NCBI RefSeq assembly: GCF_001194135.2 | Contig: NC_068986.1 | Location: forward strand, 44,687,319 to 44,751,318 | Reading direction: 5' to 3' | DNA length: 64,000 nt | Source of the DNA: Octopus bimaculoides | Taxonomy: Eukaryota | Shown here: in pieces, positions 59,601-64,000 of the stretch | How positions within the stretch are numbered: the stretch's first letter is position 1 | Layout: each line of letters starts with the position of its first letter | The notes under the pieces: model-generated | Seen by the model: the letters and a program-made list of their open reading frames with translations, nothing else | Database searches by the model: none | What the model was told of the DNA's origin: nothing | Made by a program: the position numbers and the translations under genes

Positions 59601-62600
59601 ACTTTAAGCTGGATATACCCAGGATATAAAAAAAAATTTTACATCAGCCTTACGCCATTTATTGTAAAAACTACATCAATTATGAAATTATTTAATCAAA
59701 CAGATATATATGACTCTTATCAGTTTGAAAATACATCAGCTTCAACACTCAAATCATATCAATACAAGCATGATTATGATACTGCATCTGGAAAAGCTGT
59801 TAGTTCTGAGCTATATACCCTTCAGACATCAAAAGATATTCATAGAGATGTTTCTATAATATTTACATCAGAAATAAAGTCACCTGACCATATTAAATAT
59901 GATCTACTTTTAACTGAGAAAATACCTTCTCACTTTAGAACAGTTTTATATTTTAATCTGTCATCTTCAAGTGTACAGTCTGAAATTGTCACAAGATCAC
60001 ATCACATGGCTGATATCTCAAAAGATATAGCAATTACAATTTCAAAGGACGAAGATAAAATTTGCACAACAAAATCCATTATTACTTACACAGAAACAAG
60101 AATAGCTACAGTATCAGAATTATTTCAAGTTAAATTTAAAAGAACAGAGAAGGAAGTTACAACTGCAATATCAGAAAAAAATATGACTATAACATATATT
60201 ACACAGACTTCCAAAAATTTCAGTCATCTATATACATCATTAGTTAAGAAAGATCATACAATATTCACTACAAGGTTTACATATTACACAATAACGACTA
60301 TGTTCCCATTATTAACTTCATTATCACATGTCCATATGAATAAATCTGTACTAAACGCCACATTATCCATTCTACATACATCTATATCTCCATGGGATGC
60401 TACAGCATCTATTGAAACTACACATCTCTCAGCACTGAACTTAACATTAACTTTTCTACAAACATCTGTATCCACAATAGCTATGTCAGATACATATACA
60501 CATAGACCAAAGTCTACTCCACAAATGCTAATATCATTTCTAATTTCATATACGTCAACTTATATATCATACCCTTTAAGTGTGCCAAAAATAAGCATAT
60601 ATACATCAATATATGCTTTGAATGTGTCAACATCAGCCACAGATACATCAATATACCTGCCAAGTATATCAACATCAAATATATCAACATTAGGCATACA
60701 CACATCTGTGTACCCATCAACTGTATCAACGTCAGACATACATACATCAATGTACCCATTTAATTTCTCAACATCAGACATACATACATCAATGTACCCA
60801 TCTAATATGTCCACATCAGACATATACATCTCAATGTACCCATCAAATGTATCAGCATCAGACATACCTACATCAATGCCCCCATCTAATTTGTCAACAT
60901 TAGAAATACAAACCTCAATGTACCCATCTAATTTGTCAACATCAGGCATGCATACATCAGTTTACCCATATAATTTCTCAACATCAGACATACATACACC
61001 AGTGCCCCCATCTAATTTGTCAACATCAAGCATACCTACATCAATGTACCCATCCAATTTGTCAACATCAGGCATACATACATCAATGTACCCTTCCAAT
61101 TTGTCAACATCAGAAATACAAACCTCAATGTACCCATCTAATCTGTCAACATCAGGCATGCATACATCAATTTACCCATCTAATTTCTCAATATCAGACA
61201 TACATACATCACTGTACCCATCCAATTTGTCAACATCAGACACACATGCAACAATGTACCCATCTAATTTGTCAGCATCAGGCATGCATACATCAATGTA
61301 CCCTTCCAATTTGTCAACATCAGACATACNNNNNNNNNNTCAATGTACCCTTCCAATTTGTCAACATCAGACATACATACATCAATGTACCCTTCCAATT
61401 TGTCAACATCAGACATACATACATCAATGTACCCTTCCAATTTGTCCATATCAGGCAAACATACATCAACGTACCCTTCCAATTTGTCCACATCAGACAT
61501 ACATATATCAATGTACCCTTCCAATTTGTCCATATCAGGCAAACATACATCAACGTACCCTTCCAATTTGTCAACATCAGATATACATACATCAATGTAC
61601 CCTTCCAATTTGTCCACATCAGACATACATACATCAATGTACCCATCCAATTTGTCAGTATCAGGCATACATACATCAATGTACCCTTCCAATTTGTCCA
61701 CATCAGACATATACATCTCAATGTATCCATCAAATGAATCTATATCTGACATACAGACATTAATATACCCATCTAATTTATCAACATCAGATATACATAC
61801 ATTAGTACATCCATTTAATTTGTCAACATCAGGCATACATACGTCAATGTACCAGTCAACTGTATCAGCATCAGACATACAAATTTCAATGTACCCATCT
61901 AATTTGTCAACATCAGACATATATACCTCAATCTACCCATCAAATGTATCAACATCAGACATACTAACATCAGTGTACCTGTCAAATACAACACACACAG
62001 ACATACATACATCAAAGTACCCATCTAACATGTCAACATTAGAGATACACACAACAATGTACCCATCAAATGTATCAGTCTCAGACATACATACATTAAT
62101 ACATCCATCAAATATATCATTTTCAGAGTTATATAAATCCATGCATCTGATAAATACCTCAACATCACAGATACAAACATCAATGTTCCCATTAAATGTG
62201 TCAACATCAGCCATGCAAATAACAATATACATATCAAATATGTCAATACCAGATATACATACTTTAATGTATTTATTAAGTATGTCAATATCAGAGAAAC
62301 AAACCTCAATGCACCCATTGAGTGTAACAATATCAAGCACAAATACATCAAGGGATTTATTTTATGTATCAACATCATTTACAGATATACCACTGTACCT
62401 GTTGAATGTATCAGCAGGTACACTGATATCAATGCACCTTTGGAATATATCAGGATCAGATAAATTTACATCAATGCACCCATATAATGTGTCAACATCA
62501 TACATACATATATCAGTATATTTACTGAATGTATCAACACCATACACTCATAAATGTATGTACATAGTGAACATATCAACAGACTCATATACTTTGACAT

Positions 62601-64000
62601 CTCACTTTCAGACAACTGTGTCTCCATCGTATGTATCCACCCATTTGTTAGCAACTGTATCTCCTTTGGATACATTAAGCTCCTTTCTGCATATTTTTGT
62701 ATTGCCACTGGACATGTCGACATCCCATTCATATAGCTCAATATCTACATTAAAGATACCAGTATTCCACCCATCTACATCAACATTTCCATTGAGTATA
62801 TCAGTATTCCATCTACAAACATCAAAATCTAAAATAGATATGTTAGTATCCCATCCATACAGTTCAATATCAAAATTGTATATATCAATGTCACATCCAC
62901 GTGCATCAATATCTTCACTACAGATAGCAGTATCTTATCCCAAAATATCAAGACCTCCATTTGATAAATCAATATCTCATCCAGTTATAACAATACTACC
63001 CTTAAGTATACCCAAGCCCCATATGGTATCCAAGCCACAACATTTATTGCCTTCAGTAGATACATCTATATCACATTTGCATACATCACTATCTCCATTG
63101 GAAATATCAGTATCTCCTGCAGAAATAACAATGTCTCTGTCAAATGAATCAGTATTCTTTTCATATACATCAATGGTCCCAATTAAGCTTCCAAAGTTAC
63201 TTTCACATACATCAGAAACCGCTTTAGATATGTCCAAATTTTATACATCTGCATCTCAATTATATTTATCAGAATCTCATTCACACATGTCAGTAGTATT
63301 AATAGATATATCTACATCCTTCCCATACACATCAATGTTTGCATTAGGCATGTCAGAATCTGTATCACCACTAGATATTTTTGTATCCCCACAACATACA
63401 CCAGTAACACTTTCTCATTTATCACTGACTCCATTGGGTATATCTTCTCCCCAAACATTTATGTCTCTATCAGATAAGTCAGTATCTTTGCCCCATACAT
63501 ATGTATCTCCATTTCATCAACCAACACTATATCAGTATACAACAACATCTACAGTGAATATACTGATATCCCTTCTAAGCACTTCAGTAATTCCATTGAA
63601 TATATCAATATCACACACAAATATACCAATGTATCCAACAACTGTACCAGGATCTCTGCCACTTACATCAGAATCTCTTTTGGATACAATGCTGCCCTCA
63701 ATGTCTCCACATGATATATTAGCTTACTTTCTACATACATCAATGTCTCCATATGATATATTAAGTTACTTTCCACACACATCGATGTCTCCACATGATA
63801 AATCAACTTACTTTCGACACACATCAATGTCTCCAGTGGATAAATCAACTTACTTTCCACATACATCAATATCTCCACATGATAAATCAACTTACTTTCC
63901 ACACACATCGATGTCTCCACATGATAAATCAACTTACTTTCGACACACATCAATGTCTCCAGTGGATAAATCAACTTACTTTCCACATACATCAATATCT
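1..64000 (+). CDS. Giant mucin-like Thr/Ser-rich tandem-repeat (glyco)protein, one continuous reading frame, partial at both ends, interrupted only by three assembly gaps
   Basis: Seen: frame 1 is open from base 1 (tca tat aat cat agt = SYNHS, no stop before the ATG at 100) to 44642. Frame 3 is open 45180-61329 and frame 2 is open 61340-64000. The same repeat family is read on both sides of each gap. Inference: one exon of a secreted or surface glycoprotein, based on Thr/Ser richness and abundant N-x-S/T sequons. Orthology is not assignable. Confidence 0.85.
2152..2253 (+). repeat. Local tandem duplication, 42 bp / 14 aa x2.4 (SEVTEKMYITDLES)
   Basis: tc(a/t)gaagttaca at 2152, 2194 and 2236. 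Confidence 0.9.
6900..7720 (+). other. Pro/Thr/Ser-rich low-complexity (PTS-like) tract with recurring QS-x-SPT motifs
   Basis: TTLPTITLPTSPT, QSTSPT, QSKSPP, QSMSPT, QSSPT in the translation. The period is not clearly resolvable. Confidence 0.45.
14430..18300 (+). repeat. Highly degenerate 30 bp / 10 aa coding array, consensus about (V/I)SDD(V/I)T-x-x-S-x
   Basis: For example VFDNITKEST / ISKAVTKKSI / TSDKLTVKSS / LLGNVTLEST / ISHKATVTSI / ITDDVRKAFT show a 10-aa period, with occasional 9-aa units. Confidence 0.7.
18730..20700 (+). repeat. Degenerate 10-aa units, TDVVTYRPVV type grading into ATDEAISVSV type
   Basis: DFVTYRPDVTGDTVDKLFATHVITYKLITTDVVTYRPVVT..., then ATDETGTEY and PDEAVSVST. 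Confidence 0.65.
20707..22260 (+). repeat. Homogeneous 30 bp / 10 aa array PAATDVTIY(R/K), about 52 units
   Basis: Consensus ccagctgctactgatgttacaatctataga, with several 39-bp (13-aa) variant units. Confidence 0.97.
22650..24400 (+). repeat. 30 bp / 10 aa array PGT-x-ATDEII, moderately degenerate
   Basis: PGAVATDEIK / PGIPATDEIV / SGTSATDEIK / PGIPAIDEII, clearest at about 23050-23560. Confidence 0.9.
24400..26400 (+). repeat. Homogeneous 30 bp / 10 aa array PGTAVT(D/N)(ET/VM)L, about 65 units
   Basis: Consensus cctggcacagctgtgactgatgagacacta, with 27-bp (9-aa) variants at 25021, 25378 and about 25585. Confidence 0.97.
26881..27120 (+). repeat. 30 bp / 10 aa array STDE-x-x-LE-x-V, 8 units
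   Basis: tc(t/c) act ga/gg at 26881, 26911, 26941, 26971, 27001, 27031, 27061 and 27091. Confidence 0.9.
29560..35300 (+). repeat. 45 bp / 15 aa array (D/E)HVTSGDTVTVTSIP, block I (degenerate 29.6-34.0 kb, homogeneous core about 34060-34980)
   Basis: Core consensus gaccatgtcacatctggagatacagtaactgttacttctatacca. Degenerate units such as EHVTSKDTM.., EYITSEDIAT.. and KHLTSRHMVK.. lie upstream. Confidence 0.92.
37720..38430 (+). repeat. 15-aa DHVTS family, block II (degenerate)
   Basis: SIPEHVISEETVT, SIPRHMTYVDTVNVTSI, DHVASVDKIVVSHIPEHV, SVPENMTSEDR. Confidence 0.7.
39655..40460 (+). repeat. 15-aa DHVTS family, block III (homogeneous, spans gap 1)
   Basis: DHVTSGDILAVTSLP / DHVTFADTVTVTSIP / DYVTSGDIVTVISIP on both sides of the N run. 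Confidence 0.93.
39971..40176. other. Assembly gap 1 (206 N) inside the 45-bp DHVTS array
   Basis: Run of N. The reading frame is the same on both sides. Repeat register predicts about 14+45n missing bases. Confidence 0.99.
40921..40999 (+). repeat. Exact local duplication, 33 bp / 11 aa x2.4 (ITTETLIDPSN)
   Basis: ataacaacagaaactttgatagatccttctaac twice, then a partial third copy. Confidence 0.95.
41700..43020 (+). repeat. Left flank of the TE-repeat super-array: 15-aa PDVS-x-IHSEVLSTE units mixed with 19-aa P-x-x-YSHVS units
   Basis: PDVSIIHSEVLYLD, PDVSIVHSKILSTDE, MPETYSHVSIVQSEVLSVD, IPGNYSLIRTTYREILTSM. Confidence 0.8.
43021..46320 (+). repeat. Homogeneous 45 bp / 15 aa array PDTEV(Q/L)TTE-x-x-DIS-x (spans gap 2)
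   Basis: Consensus ccagacactgaagtacaaactacagaaataccggatatcagtatg. Two 30-bp units (TESPDTEVQT) occur at about 45620-45680. Confidence 0.97.
44643..45179. other. Assembly gap 2 (537 N) inside the 45-bp PDTEV array
   Basis: Run of N, with an apparent frame change from 1 to 3. The flanks 44338-44642 and 45180-45484 are identical. Confidence 0.99.
45180..61329 (+). CDS. Segment 2 of the giant mucin-like ORF (ORF track 45183..61763)
   Basis: About 5,383 stop-free codons. It begins aca ttg gat atc = TLDI inside the same PDTEV repeat that precedes the gap, so the track's 'M' at 45183 is a TTG Leu codon. Confidence 0.92.
46330..49200 (+). repeat. 45 bp / 15 aa array PDVSTIHSEVQSTEG (homogeneous core about 46840-47950)
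   Basis: Consensus ccagatgtcagtactatacatagtgaagtacagtctacagaggga. Confidence 0.95.
49190..51370 (+). repeat. Degenerate 57 bp / 19 aa array (K/R)PENYS(H/Y)(I/V)STVEREVFST
   Basis: HPTNYSYVCTVEREVFSTE / TSKLYSDNSTLETYIHTTE / KLKLDLHGSTAVIQVFTKD / ELERYSPVSSTESNVFTTG show a 19-aa spacing. Confidence 0.75.
52300..55000 (+). repeat. Degenerate approximately 19-aa Tyr/Asp/Ile array YSD(I/M)K-x-IT-x-EIS-x-DY
   Basis: YSDKKYVTRILSLNISTI / YVDIKQTLTRILSDDIKPI / YSTIKDMTSSKLIPDDISAI / YHDVKD; also YSDIKNIT, YLDIIDIT and YLDIKRIT. Confidence 0.6.
60600..62560 (+). repeat. 42 bp / 14 aa array SMYPSNLSTSDIHT (homogeneous core about 60700-61760, spans gap 3)
   Basis: Consensus tcaatgtacccttccaatttgtcaacatcagacatacataca, read on both sides of the gap. 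Confidence 0.96.
61330..61339. other. Assembly gap 3 (10 N placeholder) inside the 42-bp SMYPSN array
   Basis: Run of 10 N, with an apparent frame change from 3 to 2. Repeat register predicts 5+42n missing bases. Confidence 0.99.
61340..64000 (+). CDS. Segment 3 of the giant mucin-like ORF (absent from the ORF track because it has no stop in the window)
   Basis: Hand translation from 61340: SMYPSNLSTSDIHT... through ...VDKSTYFPHTSIS at 64000, 887 codons with no stop. Confidence 0.88.
63698..64000 (+). repeat. 42 bp / 14 aa array SMSPHDKSTYFPHT, more than 7 units, running off the window end
   Basis: Units start at 63698, 63740, 63782, 63824, 63866, 63908 and 63950. 63782-63874 is identical to 63908-64000. 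Confidence 0.95.

Noticed and set aside
61340-61763. Cys/His/Gln-rich tail QCTLPICQHQTYIH resembling a metal-binding repeat
   Set aside because: It is the shifted-frame reading of SMYPSNLSTSDIHT caused by the 10-N placeholder. The in-register frame continues without a stop.
60700-62100. (CATA)n microsatellite-like runs
   Set aside because: They are only about 3 copies long and arise from the codons gac ata cat aca tca (DIHTS) within the 42-bp unit.
1-64000. Naming it MUC16, MUC5AC/MUC2/MUC19, titin, zonadhesin or a bacterial giant adhesin
   Set aside because: No SEA, VWD, CysD, Ig/Fn3, MAM, RTX or cadherin-like signature is visible, and the repeat consensus sequences match none I recognise. 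The similarity is compositional only.
1-64000. Transposons, tRNA/rRNA genes, introns or promoters
   Set aside because: No terminal repeats, RT or transposase motifs, or structured-RNA signatures were seen. The uninterrupted frame leaves no non-coding interval in which to place them.

Overview
The whole 64 kb window is the interior of one enormous + strand protein-coding exon or ORF from an AT-rich, CpG-depleted genome, most likely an animal. It is open at both window edges. Each of the four sequenced segments (1-39970, 40177-44642, 45180-61329, 61340-64000) is stop-free in one frame, about 21,080 sequenced codons in total. The two apparent frame changes fall exactly on N-gaps inside homogeneous tandem arrays, and the repeat register reconciles them. 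The product is a Thr/Ser/Ile/Val-rich, Cys/Trp-poor, mucin-like giant protein. It is a mosaic of in-frame tandem arrays with units of 10, 12, 14, 15 and 19 aa, separated by long non-repetitive tracts of the same composition. I see no signal peptide, convincing TM helix or recognisable globular domain (VWD, SEA, EGF, Ig, CysD), and no orthologue can be named. No RNA genes, transposons or CRISPR arrays are supported. All other ORFs in the track are shadows of the repeats or gap artefacts.
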